From an uncultured bacterium (GTDB lineage Bacteria; Planctomycetota; SZUA-567; JAKLDR01), in the NCBI GenBank assembly GCA_965370045.1, contig CBDUSI010000006.1:3968-67967 (forward strand): 64,000 bases of DNA, written 5' to 3'. Within the stretch, counting starts at the first letter, position 1. Each line of letters starts with the position of its first letter. The translations under genes and the position numbers were made by a program. Below the pieces are notes generated by a model. The model did no database searches and was not told the origin of the DNA. It was given only the letters and a program-made list of their open reading frames with translations. Positions 17,703-25,945 of the stretch are shown one piece after another.

Positions 17703-18768
17703 CGGCTTCCGACTGCGGGACGGCCGGGCCCCCGTCCTCCAGACCGGCCTCCTCGTCCTCGCGCATCTTGGCGCGAATCTGGGCGATCTCCCTGCGCACC
17801 AGCAGGAAGGCCGGCAGGCCCACGGCGACGTTGAAGGTCAGCATCACCACCTGCTGCAGCGTGGCCAGGAAGAAACCCAAGTTGTAGCCGGTCTCCGGCC
17901 AGCGCTGCTCGAAGAACACCGCGAAGATGGCCTGGCCGAATCCCAGTCCCATCGGCGGGCCTATCGAGCTTATGGCCAGGCCGGCGGCCATGTAGAAGAC
18001 GAACTCGCCCACGGCGATCTCGCCCATCCCCAGGGCCTTGCCCAGGAGCCACAGCACTCCGATCATCGCCCCGTGGGCCAGGATCGAGATGCCCACCGAC
18101 GCGCCCAGCACCTTGTACTTGGCGCGATAAATCTTCACCGAACGGTAGAAGCGCAGGAACAGCATGCCCCCGGGGATATTCGCCAGCTTCGGCGCGATGG
18201 TCTCGCTCTCCCGGAAACGCTTGGAGAACATGAACAGGAAGCCCCCGGTCACGACCACCACGATGGCCATCATCACCACGGCGGCGGTGCGCAGCTTGGG
18301 CGCCTGCCAGATGGAGCCGAACCGTGCAGACATGGCCGCCGAACCCAGCAGCAGCAGCCCGAAAAGCCCCACGAACCGGTCGAAACCCACGGTGTAGACG
18401 GCCTCGGCCCGCCGCCCCCGGGGTTGGTCGCGGGCCACGTAATAGGCCTTGACCAGATCGCCTCCGGTGTAACCCACGCCGACGCAGTTGAAAAAGATTC
18501 CCACCAGGGTCAGGTGGAACACCCGCCAGAAGCGGACATCGAAGCCCTGGCAGCGCAGCAGCAGATACCAGCGCACCGCGCCGATCCAGGGCACAACTCC
18601 CAGCAGCCCGAAGGCGCCTACTACGTATCCCCAGTTGCCCAGGGCGGGGGACAGGCCGTCCCAGTCGACTGTTTTCATCTTGTCCGAGGACAACAGCCAC
18701 CAGAGCAGCCCGATGGCCACCGCCAGCTTGATCCCCAGCACGATCAGCGATTTGGCGCGCTTGGTCAC
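17695..18768 (-). CDS. Lysylphosphatidylglycerol-synthase-TM-region-like (UPF0104) flippase-like membrane protein
   Basis: About 8 TM helices. KSLIVLGIKLAVAIGLLWWLL..AVRWYLLLR.. pattern. GTG at 18768 overlaps the upstream stop (GTGA). Confidence 0.72.
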   Translation of the reverse strand: MTKRAKSLIVLGIKLAVAIGLLWWLLSSDKMKTVDWDGLSPALGNWGYVVGAFGLLGVVPWIGAVRWYLLLRCQGFDVRFWRVFHLTLVGIFFNCVGVGYTGGDLVKAYYVARDQPRGRRAEAVYTVGFDRFVGLFGLLLLGSAAMSARFGSIWQAPKLRTAAVVMMAIVVVVTGGFLFMFSKRFRESETIAPKLANIPGGMLFLRFYRSVKIYRAKYKVLGASVGISILAHGAMIGVLWLLGKALGMGEIAVGEFVFYMAAGLAISSIGPPMGLGFGQAIFAVFFEQRWPETGYNLGFFLATLQQVVMLTFNVAVGLPAFLLVRREIAQIRAKMREDEEAGLEDGGPAVPQSEADA

Positions 18769-19778
18769 CGGGCAGTCTCCTGGGCCCTCAGCATTTCCAC
18801 GAAACTCTCCAGCCGGTTCCGGCCCGCGGCCCCCAACGGCCCCGGGCGGTCGCATTCTAGCGTCAGGACCGGAAGGGGCAAACGCTCCTTCAGCAGGCGG
18901 CCCTGTATCTGCCGGTGGCAGAAACTCTGCACGTAATGAATGAGTCCGCGCGGCCGGCGGCGGGCCAGCTCTTCGCCGAGGCGCTCCGTGCGATGCGATA
19001 CATCATACGGGTATGTGTAGGCGCAGTATATATCCTGTAAGTACGTATGTGCGAGAGACATCATAGTGAACTCAGCCGGCACTTCGTTGTAGACCAGGCG
19101 GCTCCCCAGCCCCTCAAGGGCCGCGAAGAAGTCCGAGGCGATGGGAGGAACCCCGGCGAGGGCCAGCGGCAGGGCGGGGGAGGGCAGGGGGCGCGCCCGG
19201 GCCTCGTCCAGAAAGGCCGCCAGATCGTGTTGGTAGGCCGCCGGATCACCCCGGAAGTCACTGGAAGAGACCATCCAGAAGTGGGCTTCCCCGGAGGTCA
19301 CCTGGCCGGTCTCTGAGGCCAGGTGGTCGAGGTCGGCCAACAACTTGCGAACAGGATGCAGGCGTTTGCGCCACTCCTCGGCGGCGGGAAGGGCGGTGCC
19401 CAGGCGCGCGGCAAAGCTCTCGATAGCTCCGGCAACGGCCCGCGGGGTGCGTTCCAGGGGATAGGCGAACTCGATCGTGTCGATGCCCTCGCTCTGCAAT
19501 ATCTCCAGGAGCGCCCGCGTGTTGGAGCAGTCCCCCTGGACCACGCCCACCACGCGGCGTATGCCGGCCCGGCGGCAGGCCGCGTAGATGCCCTTGATCC
19601 AGGCGCAGGAGTTGCGCGGGAAGCCGGCGCGCTCGGCCTCCTCGACATATTCCAGCGGGCGCTCCGCGGAAATGAACAGGTTGTTGAGGTCAACCGGCAC
19701 AAGGCCGGCGGCGTAGATCACCTCCACGGGAATCGTGGTGGTAATGCCGATGCGCTCCTCGCCCGGGGATTTGCCCAT
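18765..19778 (-). CDS. 2-hydroxyacyl-CoA dehydratase D-component family protein (HgdB/BcrC/BadD-like), single subunit
   Basis: C-terminal 337 aa of track ORF 18765..22145: MGKSPGEERIGITTTIPVEVIYAAGLVPVDLNN..GVVQGDCSNT..IHYVQSFCHRQ. The rest of that track ORF is antisense to the HEAT/TPR gene. Confidence 0.65.
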   Translation of the reverse strand: MGKSPGEERIGITTTIPVEVIYAAGLVPVDLNNLFISAERPLEYVEEAERAGFPRNSCAWIKGIYAACRRAGIRRVVGVVQGDCSNTRALLEILQSEGIDTIEFAYPLERTPRAVAGAIESFAARLGTALPAAEEWRKRLHPVRKLLADLDHLASETGQVTSGEAHFWMVSSSDFRGDPAAYQHDLAAFLDEARARPLPSPALPLALAGVPPIASDFFAALEGLGSRLVYNEVPAEFTMMSLAHTYLQDIYCAYTYPYDVSHRTERLGEELARRRPRGLIHYVQSFCHRQIQGRLLKERLPLPVLTLECDRPGPLGAAGRNRLESFVEMLRAQETAR

Positions 19779-19838
19779 TGCGGCAAGCTTATCGCCGTCC
19801 CTGGCCGGCGTCAATAGGGTAGGGCGGGGCGGAGAAGC

Positions 19839-19868
19839 TTGATTGTGAGGCGAGGCGGGGGATATAAT
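19839..19868 (+). promoter_or_regulatory. Promoter TTGATT-N18-TATAAT positioned for a leaderless transcript
   Basis: TTGATT at 19839-19844 and TATAAT at 19863-19868. ATG at 19875 lies only 6 nt downstream of the -10, with no SD. Confidence 0.5.
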
Positions 19869-19874
19869 CGCCAC

Positions 19875-22160
19875 ATGCGCCCGATTCTCTCCGCTCTGCC
19901 GATCATCGCGGTCTTCTGCGCGCCGCTGCTGGCCACCGCCGGCGAGCCGGCCACGCCGGCGGACATGGCGAAACTCGTCAAGCTCCTCGGCGACGACAAG
20001 TACAGCGTGCGGGAAAAGGCCACCCGGGACCTCCGCAAGCTGGGCACCGCCGCACGCGCCGCCCTGGAACAGGGCGTCAAGAGCAAGGACCCGGAGATAC
20101 GCGAGCGGGCCTCGCGGCTGCTCCGGGCGATAATCTGGAAGCTGTCCCCCAAGCTGGCCGGCAGGTTGGGCGATTTCAGCGAGCGCTTCGCGAAGTACGT
20201 GGAGGCCCCCGAGGGGACCAAGCTGCGGCTGCTCTCCGACCTGCGCGGCCGCGCGCCGGTCGCGGCCGAACCGTACATCCTCCAGGCCGCCAGGGAAGAG
20301 ACCAGCCATTACGCCCAGTCCTGGATGGTCGAACTCCTGAGCATCTACCGCAGCGCGGCCGCAGAGAAGGCGGTGCTGGCCGCCTCGCGCCGCGAGGACC
20401 GCTACTGCCGCTCCCGGGCAGCCGCGGCGCTCGCCCGGTTCGAGGGGAAGAAGGCCACGGCACGCCTGGTGGGCATGGTCATCGACGACGACCCCACCGT
20501 GCGCAGCGCGGCGCTGAACTCCCTGGGCCGGCGCGGCCCGCTGGCCGCCCCCGCCGCCCCGGCGGTGATCAAGAGGCTGGCCGACGTGGAAGGGACCGTC
20601 CGCGGGGCCGCGGCCAGAGCCGCCGGGAGCATCGGCGACCGCAAGGCGCTGGAGGCCCTCTGGAAGCTGACCGGCGCGGGCGAGAGCTCGGTCGGGACCA
20701 GGGCGCGGGCCATCGAGGCCATAGGCCGCCTGGCGACCCCTGACGAGAAGCGGGTGGTCACCAAGCTGGTCAAGCTGCTGGACGACCCGCTTCCGGCGGT
20801 GCGCTCCACGGCACTGAGGACGCTGGTGGAGATGCGCGCCCGTTCGGCGCTGCCCAGGCTGGGGAAGCTCCTGGACGACGGGGACCCCGACATCGCCAGC
20901 GAGGCCGCCAGCGCCCTGGGCGTTCTGGGCGGGGCCCAGGCCCGCAAGAGCCTGCGCAGGGCGCTGGCCGGGGCCAAGAGCGAGTCGGTGCGGATCGCCG
21001 CGGGGAACGCGCTGCTCTTCATGGGCGACCGGGAGTCCGCGCCAAAGGTCGCCAAGATGATGTTCGGCCGGAACGCCAACACCGCCTCCGTGGCCGCCCG
21101 CGCGCTGGGCATGACCGGCGAACTCAAGTGGGCGGGCGAGCTGGTCAAGGCGGAGAAGCACTGGAAGACGGAAAGCTTCCGCCTGGCCTCGCTGGAGGTC
21201 CGCGCCGTCAACCTGCGCGAGCCGGCGGCCCTCAAACTGCTGGCCGCGCACATCAAGACCCAAGACGATTACGCCCGCGCGTCCGTCCTGCGTGACCGCG
21301 CGCTCTTCACAGAGGCAGCCGAACTCATCGCCAAGACCTCCAGGACGGAGATCGACCAGCCGCGCACGCTCTCGCAGGTGGGGCTCTTCGAGGTGCTGGC
21401 CGCCAGGGGAGGGCAGGGCCTGGCCAAGCTGCGCATGGCCGCCAGAATGGCCCCCTTCGACGCCGTCATTGCCAACAACCTGGCCTGGTTCCTGCTGGTC
21501 GGCCCGGAAGGCAAGCTGCGGCGCCCGGTCGAAGCCCTGAGGATCGCCGAGCGCGCTGCCAGGCTGGAGCCGCGCACCGGCTACATCCTGGACACCCACG
21601 CCTGGGCGCTCTTCCGCAACGGCAGAAAGAAGGAGGCGCTGGCCCTGACGGAGGAGGCCATCCGCTGGGCGCCCCTGGACCGCTGGCCCCGCCTGGGCGA
21701 TCCGGCCGGCGTGGACGTGCTGCGCGTCCACCGCGCGCGCATCCTGACCGCGCTCGGCCGGCGGGAGGAGGCGCTCAAGGAGCTGGCCGGGGCGCTGGCC
21801 CGCCACCCGCGGAGTCCGGAGATGGCCGTCGAGGCCGCCCGCGCCTACTGCGACCTGGGCCTGACCCGCAAGGCCCTGGGGGAGCTCGGCCGCATGCTGA
21901 ACCTGGGGCGTCCCGCCCTGGAGACCCTGCGCCTGGATCCCGAACTGGCCCCGGTCCGCAAGGATCCGGACTTCAAGAAGCTGCTGGAGCGCGCCACGGC
22001 GGATCGCAAGAAGGTCAAGGCCATGCTGGGCGGGCCAGCGGCCGAGAAGCTGCGGCCGCGCGGTCCGGACGCTGGCGCAATCCCGAGAATTGACGACGCC
22101 TTCGAACAGTTGGAGCAGGGCGGGGGGGGGGGAGCTGAATGCCATCTCAGCCGGAGATAA
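19875..22160 (+). CDS. Secreted HEAT-repeat (PBS-lyase type) plus TPR protein
   Basis: Signal peptide MRPILSALPIIAVFCAPLLATAGE. Repeated ..DDDPTVRSAALNSLG.. / ..DDPLPAVRSTALRTL.. HEAT units. TPR-like C-terminal half. Confidence 0.8.
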   Translation: MRPILSALPIIAVFCAPLLATAGEPATPADMAKLVKLLGDDKYSVREKATRDLRKLGTAARAALEQGVKSKDPEIRERASRLLRAIIWKLSPKLAGRLGDFSERFAKYVEAPEGTKLRLLSDLRGRAPVAAEPYILQAAREETSHYAQSWMVELLSIYRSAAAEKAVLAASRREDRYCRSRAAAALARFEGKKATARLVGMVIDDDPTVRSAALNSLGRRGPLAAPAAPAVIKRLADVEGTVRGAAARAAGSIGDRKALEALWKLTGAGESSVGTRARAIEAIGRLATPDEKRVVTKLVKLLDDPLPAVRSTALRTLVEMRARSALPRLGKLLDDGDPDIASEAASALGVLGGAQARKSLRRALAGAKSESVRIAAGNALLFMGDRESAPKVAKMMFGRNANTASVAARALGMTGELKWAGELVKAEKHWKTESFRLASLEVRAVNLREPAALKLLAAHIKTQDDYARASVLRDRALFTEAAELIAKTSRTEIDQPRTLSQVGLFEVLAARGGQGLAKLRMAARMAPFDAVIANNLAWFLLVGPEGKLRRPVEALRIAERAARLEPRTGYILDTHAWALFRNGRKKEALALTEEAIRWAPLDRWPRLGDPAGVDVLRVHRARILTALGRREEALKELAGALARHPRSPEMAVEAARAYCDLGLTRKALGELGRMLNLGRPALETLRLDPELAPVRKDPDFKKLLERATADRKKVKAMLGGPAAEKLRPRGPDAGAIPRIDDAFEQLEQGGGGGAECHLSRR

Positions 22161-23149
22161 CCCTGCCCGAACCCGATTACAGCCCGCCGCCGCTGCCTGC
22201 CGGCTTTCCCCGCTGGAAGCACTTCGGCTGGGACGGGTGGCAGGTGGAAACCCCGGTGGACTGGGACCTCGGCGCCCTGGAATCCGGCCCCAAGGGCGGC
22301 TACTTCCGGCTGGACGACGAGTTCGAGCCGCGCCTGATGGTCAGATGGCAGCCTCTGAAAGGCAGGTTCGACCCCGAAAGGGCCATTGAGCGGCACTTCA
22401 AGAAGCACCGCCGCGCCGCCGGCCGCGGCGGGACCCAGCCGCTGCTCAAGATCGGCGCTTCGCTGCCCGGGCTCCGCAAGGCACTCAAGGGGCTGCCCTA
22501 CGAGACCTACTCGCTCCAGGAGGACGGCAACCGTTCGCTGGGCCTGGCCGCCTTCTGTCCCGAATGCAAGCGGGCCTTCATCGCGGAGATGACCACCAAC
22601 CAGACCGGTGGGGCGGGGGAGAGGCTGGTCAAGCGCGTGCTGGGGTCGCTCCGCGACCACCCCAAGGGCAAGCTCGCCCGCTGGGAGGTTTTCGGACTCT
22701 CCGTGGACCTGCCCGCGTCGCTGCGCGCGGTGCGCCACACCTTCAACCAGGGCTACGTGGGACTCTCCGCCGCCGAGCCCGGGATCCGCGTGGAGGTTTC
22801 CCGCTGGACCCTGGCCAACATGCATCTGGGCGAAGTCAAGCTCAAGGAGTTCCTGCAGCGCCACTTCCTCAAGAAGCGCGACATGCCACCCGTAACCATA
22901 AAGGACGTCGTCGTCCAGTCGCACCCGGCCTGCATATTCCACACCAGGCAGCGCCTGCTGGAACCGGTCCGCGCGCGCGTGCGCAACGTGCTCGCCGTGA
23001 AGAATCCCGCGTACCGCACCGGCTTCATCTGGCACTGCCAGACTTCCAACCGCATCCTCATGTTCACGCTGGGCAGCCACAAGCCCCGAGATATCGGCAC
23101 CGCCCGCCTGATGGCCTCGCGCCTGCGCTGCTGCAAGGTGATCCACTGA
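22139..23149 (+). CDS. Hypothetical protein (336 aa), no family recognised
   Basis: ATG preceded by a G-rich SD, overlaps the upstream gene by 22 nt. Coding-like composition. Contains CPECK. Confidence 0.7.
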   Translation: MPSQPEITLPEPDYSPPPLPAGFPRWKHFGWDGWQVETPVDWDLGALESGPKGGYFRLDDEFEPRLMVRWQPLKGRFDPERAIERHFKKHRRAAGRGGTQPLLKIGASLPGLRKALKGLPYETYSLQEDGNRSLGLAAFCPECKRAFIAEMTTNQTGGAGERLVKRVLGSLRDHPKGKLARWEVFGLSVDLPASLRAVRHTFNQGYVGLSAAEPGIRVEVSRWTLANMHLGEVKLKEFLQRHFLKKRDMPPVTIKDVVVQSHPACIFHTRQRLLEPVRARVRNVLAVKNPAYRTGFIWHCQTSNRILMFTLGSHKPRDIGTARLMASRLRCCKVIH

Positions 23150-23598
23150 TGGCCGGCCTGCTCGGACAACTGACCAAATCCTTCTTCAGCCGCCGCCGCG
23201 GGCAGGTGGACCGCCGCCGCAGCCTGGCGCTCAAGCCGCTCCGCAACCCGGACGTCCCCTGGGCCCCCCACGACCCCTACGACGGCCCGGTGACCATCGA
23301 CATCCCGCTCCAGCGCCGGGCAATCCCCAAGCCCTTAGTCTGGGTCGCCTCCAAGCTGGCCCGCAAGACGCCTCCCAACATCCGGAAGCTGCAGCTCGAT
23401 CCGGTGGGCTCCTTCGTCTGGCGCTCCGCTGACGGGCACCGCTCGGTACGCGAACTCATATGGCTCCTGGCCGCCGAGTATCGCCTCAACCGCCGCGACG
23501 CCGAAGTCGCCTTGCTCGAGTTCCTCGGGCAGCTTTCCCAGCGCAACCTGATCGGCTTCGCGCATATCCAGCAACCCGGGACGCAGCAGGGCACCTGA
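23149..23598 (+). CDS. PqqD-family (RRE-like) small protein
   Basis: TGATG coupling to the upstream gene. LQLDPVGSFVWRSADGHRSVRELIWLLAAEYRLNRRDAEVALLEFLGQLSQRNLIGF fits the PqqD/RRE pattern. Confidence 0.65.
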   Translation: MAGLLGQLTKSFFSRRRGQVDRRRSLALKPLRNPDVPWAPHDPYDGPVTIDIPLQRRAIPKPLVWVASKLARKTPPNIRKLQLDPVGSFVWRSADGHRSVRELIWLLAAEYRLNRRDAEVALLEFLGQLSQRNLIGFAHIQQPGTQQGT

Positions 23599-23652
23599 GC
23601 CCAACGCGAGCGCTTTTGGCGCCAAGAGGCGGGATTCCAAGGTGTTTCCGCA

Positions 23653-23680
23653 AGGTCCGATAATATATGCGACGTTGCAG
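23653..23680 (+). other. Degenerate dif-like site (candidate attL): AGGTCCGATAA-TATATG-CGACGTTGCAG
   Basis: The first 17 nt are identical to 39078-39094. The right arm matches only 7/11 and lacks the TTATG half-site. Confidence 0.6.
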
Positions 23681-23909
23681 AGTCGCATTGAGGGAGGGCG
23701 GCAACCCAGGAGAAACCGGCCGGCGGGGGTTAGATAAACCAGACCCCGCACCACGATAAGCCGGAAGAAACCCGGGATTGAGGCCCCTCTTTTAGGCCTA
23801 ATCACCCCGACACTGAGAGGAGGTGTCGGCGGACGATTAGGCGTATTTTTTCGCTCAAAACACTTGACAAGGTTTCGTGGGGGGACCGGAAACCCGGCGT
23901 CCGGACGGT

Positions 23910-24935
23910 ATGCCGGGAGGGAGTTACACTGTTTTGGGTAAGAAGAAGACCGATCCGCCCCCGGCCGAGGAGCGCGAAGCGGCCGGGGCCGCGGTGATGG
24001 AAGAGGGGGAAGTCCCCGAGATAAGCGACGCGGAACAGCAGCGCGCCCTGGAGCGCATGGAAGCCGCGGAGACCTTCCGGGATTTCATGCGGGCGGGCGG
24101 GTCCGGCGACGAGGTGGACGTGAAGATAACCCGCCGCGGTCCCAAGAAATACGTCAGCCGGGCCGGCAAGTTGGTCACGGTCGACGTCGGCTACTGCGAC
24201 ACCGTTCCCCTGGAAATCCTGCGTCCCGTTCCCGAGGAAACGATCGCGCAGCTGTGGGGCGGTGGAGTCTACACCGTCCAGGGGCTCTTCGAGGGCCAAT
24301 CCCTCAGGGGATACACGCTGAAGGTCGGCGGCAACCCGCTGCCGATCGAGCGCGGAGAGGTCGAGACCGCCGAAGAAGCGAAGCCCGCGCAGCTGGACCC
24401 CCTGGCTCAGCTCGAAAAGCTGGCGGGGGTAATGGCCATCCTGCAGGGGGGAAGGCCGGACCGCGACCCGGTAGACGAGATCCGCCGCCTCCGGGAACTC
24501 GACGAGGAGTTCCGGCCCGCGCCGTCGGCCGCCGCGCCGGCCGGAGACGACGTTGACGACGAGCTGGACAAGGTGATGGCGAAGGGGGAGAAGAGCGAGG
24601 AGGACGAGAAGTTGGACGGATGGGTGAGGTTCGCGCAAGTCTGCCTCGAAGGCCTCAAGGTGCTCACCGGGGAAACCCCCACGACCCCCGAGGCCGCGGT
24701 GAACAAGATGCTCACCGATTACATGAATGCGAAGATCACGACGGAGGAACTGGCCAAGACGCTTCGCAAGTACGCGAAGGGCGACGAGCTGGAGGCCATC
24801 AGCTGCCTCGACCCCAAGAAGGCGCCCGCGCTGCTGGCCAGGAAGTACAAGCTCAGCGACGAGGTCAAGGATTATTTCGAGGGCGCCGCTGGCCAGCGGA
24901 AGCTCCGGGACCTTCAGAAGGCGCTTGAGTCGTGA
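23910..24935 (+). CDS. Acidic hypothetical protein (element gene A)
   Basis: Long coding-like ORF. Start uncertain (GTG 23877, ATG 23910, or TTG 23934 after GGGAGGGAG). No family recognised. Confidence 0.6.
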   Translation: MPGGSYTVLGKKKTDPPPAEEREAAGAAVMEEGEVPEISDAEQQRALERMEAAETFRDFMRAGGSGDEVDVKITRRGPKKYVSRAGKLVTVDVGYCDTVPLEILRPVPEETIAQLWGGGVYTVQGLFEGQSLRGYTLKVGGNPLPIERGEVETAEEAKPAQLDPLAQLEKLAGVMAILQGGRPDRDPVDEIRRLRELDEEFRPAPSAAAPAGDDVDDELDKVMAKGEKSEEDEKLDGWVRFAQVCLEGLKVLTGETPTTPEAAVNKMLTDYMNAKITTEELAKTLRKYAKGDELEAISCLDPKKAPALLARKYKLSDEVKDYFEGAAGQRKLRDLQKALES

Positions 24936-25183
24936 CCAGCAAATACAAGAAGAAGCACAAGTGCCCGGCCCCGGACCAGTGCCCGCTCGGCGTGAAAGAG
25001 GAGGGCTTTCCCTGCCTCTTCGCCGGCCAGCAGAAAAACACACAGACCGGGCAGATCGTCGGGAGCTGCGCTCTTGCCGATGTGGTCTACGGAATCCAGG
25101 ATCAGATGCAGATGGCGGCGCGCGCGGCGGCGGGGATTGTTCTCGCCGGCCCGGGGTTTCCGCCGGGAGGAAAACCAAGCTAG
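24932..25183 (+). CDS. Small Cys-rich hypothetical protein (B)
   Basis: GTGA-coupled to A. KCPAPDQCPLG..FPCLF..GSCALAD. Confidence 0.5.
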   Translation: MTSKYKKKHKCPAPDQCPLGVKEEGFPCLFAGQQKNTQTGQIVGSCALADVVYGIQDQMQMAARAAAGIVLAGPGFPPGGKPS

Positions 25184-25203
25184 ACCAACAAGGGAGGTCC
25201 GCA

Positions 25204-25356
25204 ATGAAACCTGATACGAAGTGGCTCCTCTACGCGATAGGCGGGTGCGCCTTCTTCCTGCTGGCCGTGGTCTGCGTGGCGGCCGGCTTCAACCCGTTCG
25301 CCTGGGCGTGGGGCCTGGCTATGGACCTGGCCCGCGCGATTGGAGGTGCGGGATGA
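25204..25356 (+). CDS. Small single/double-TM protein (C)
   Basis: AAGGGAGG SD, ATG at 25204. MKPDTKWLLYAIGGCAFFLLAVVCVAAGFNPFAWAWGLAM.. Confidence 0.55.
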   Translation: MKPDTKWLLYAIGGCAFFLLAVVCVAAGFNPFAWAWGLAMDLARAIGGAG

Positions 25357-25643
25357 TGATCCATTTTCTCAAGACCTTCCCGGAGTTTTTCGAGGCGACC
25401 CTTTCAGGTGAGAAGCGTTTTGAGGTCCGGCATTCGTACTGTCGAAAATTCGAGAAAGGAAACGTTCTCTGCCTCCAAGAGTTCACCGAGGGACGCTACA
25501 CCGGACGCGTCTACTGGGCGCGGGTGATCGCTCTTTGGCTACTGCCCACCGAACTCGCGCCGGGTCCCCTCTGCGGAATGCAGATCGAGCCGCTGAGCTG
25601 GCTTGACCTTGACGAGCTGACGCCGGCGAGGGGGAAAGCATGA
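25353..25643 (+). CDS. ASCH / DUF3850-like domain protein (D)
   Basis: MMIHFLKTFPEFFEATLSGEKRFEVRHSYCRKFEKGNVLCLQEF..YTGR matches the DUF3850 pattern (HxLKxxPxxFxxxxxGxKxFExR..GDxLxLxE..YTGR). Confidence 0.75.
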   Translation: MMIHFLKTFPEFFEATLSGEKRFEVRHSYCRKFEKGNVLCLQEFTEGRYTGRVYWARVIALWLLPTELAPGPLCGMQIEPLSWLDLDELTPARGKA

Positions 25644-25930
25644 GAACGAATCAGAGCGCGCTCTGCCTGGGCTGTCGCCGGCACGTACCGGTCGGCGACG
25701 TGACGGCCAGGGCGGGGCAGAACGGTCAATACGTCCTCTGTGCCAGCTGCGTAGAGGCCGGCTTCAAGTTTAAGAGGATGTCCGAGATCTACGTACACAT
25801 GCAAAGCCGGAAGGTGATGCTCTTCGCTCCCTCTGACGGGCGCTGGCACGGTGCCCGCATCGTCAAGGGGGAGATCCTGAAAGAGTGCGCCCAGCGGGAT
25901 CCGCAAGAGCAGCTCTCGTTAAAAGCTTAA
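25640..25930 (+). CDS. Zinc-ribbon-like small protein (E)
   Basis: ATGA coupling. CLGCRRH...CASCVEAG (CxxC..CxxC). Confidence 0.55.
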   Translation: MRTNQSALCLGCRRHVPVGDVTARAGQNGQYVLCASCVEAGFKFKRMSEIYVHMQSRKVMLFAPSDGRWHGARIVKGEILKECAQRDPQEQLSLKA

Positions 25931-25945
25931 CAAGGGAGAGAAGAA

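Noticed and set aside
23653-23669. Alternative readings of the 17-nt direct repeat: a repeated promoter -10 (GATAAT) or a tRNA-derived att core
   Set aside because: No T-loop or acceptor-like tRNA sequence is adjacent. The -35 regions upstream of the two copies are unrelated and weak, and the right copy would transcribe nothing recognisable. The 11-6-11 dif architecture explains both the repeat and the exact point where identity ends. The promoter idea is not fully excluded without genome-wide copy counts.
23864-23892. TTGACA at 23864 as the promoter of element gene A
   Set aside because: The sequence 17-18 nt downstream is CGGAAA/CCGGAA, so there is no acceptable -10. It is kept only as a note in the promoter-splitting finding.
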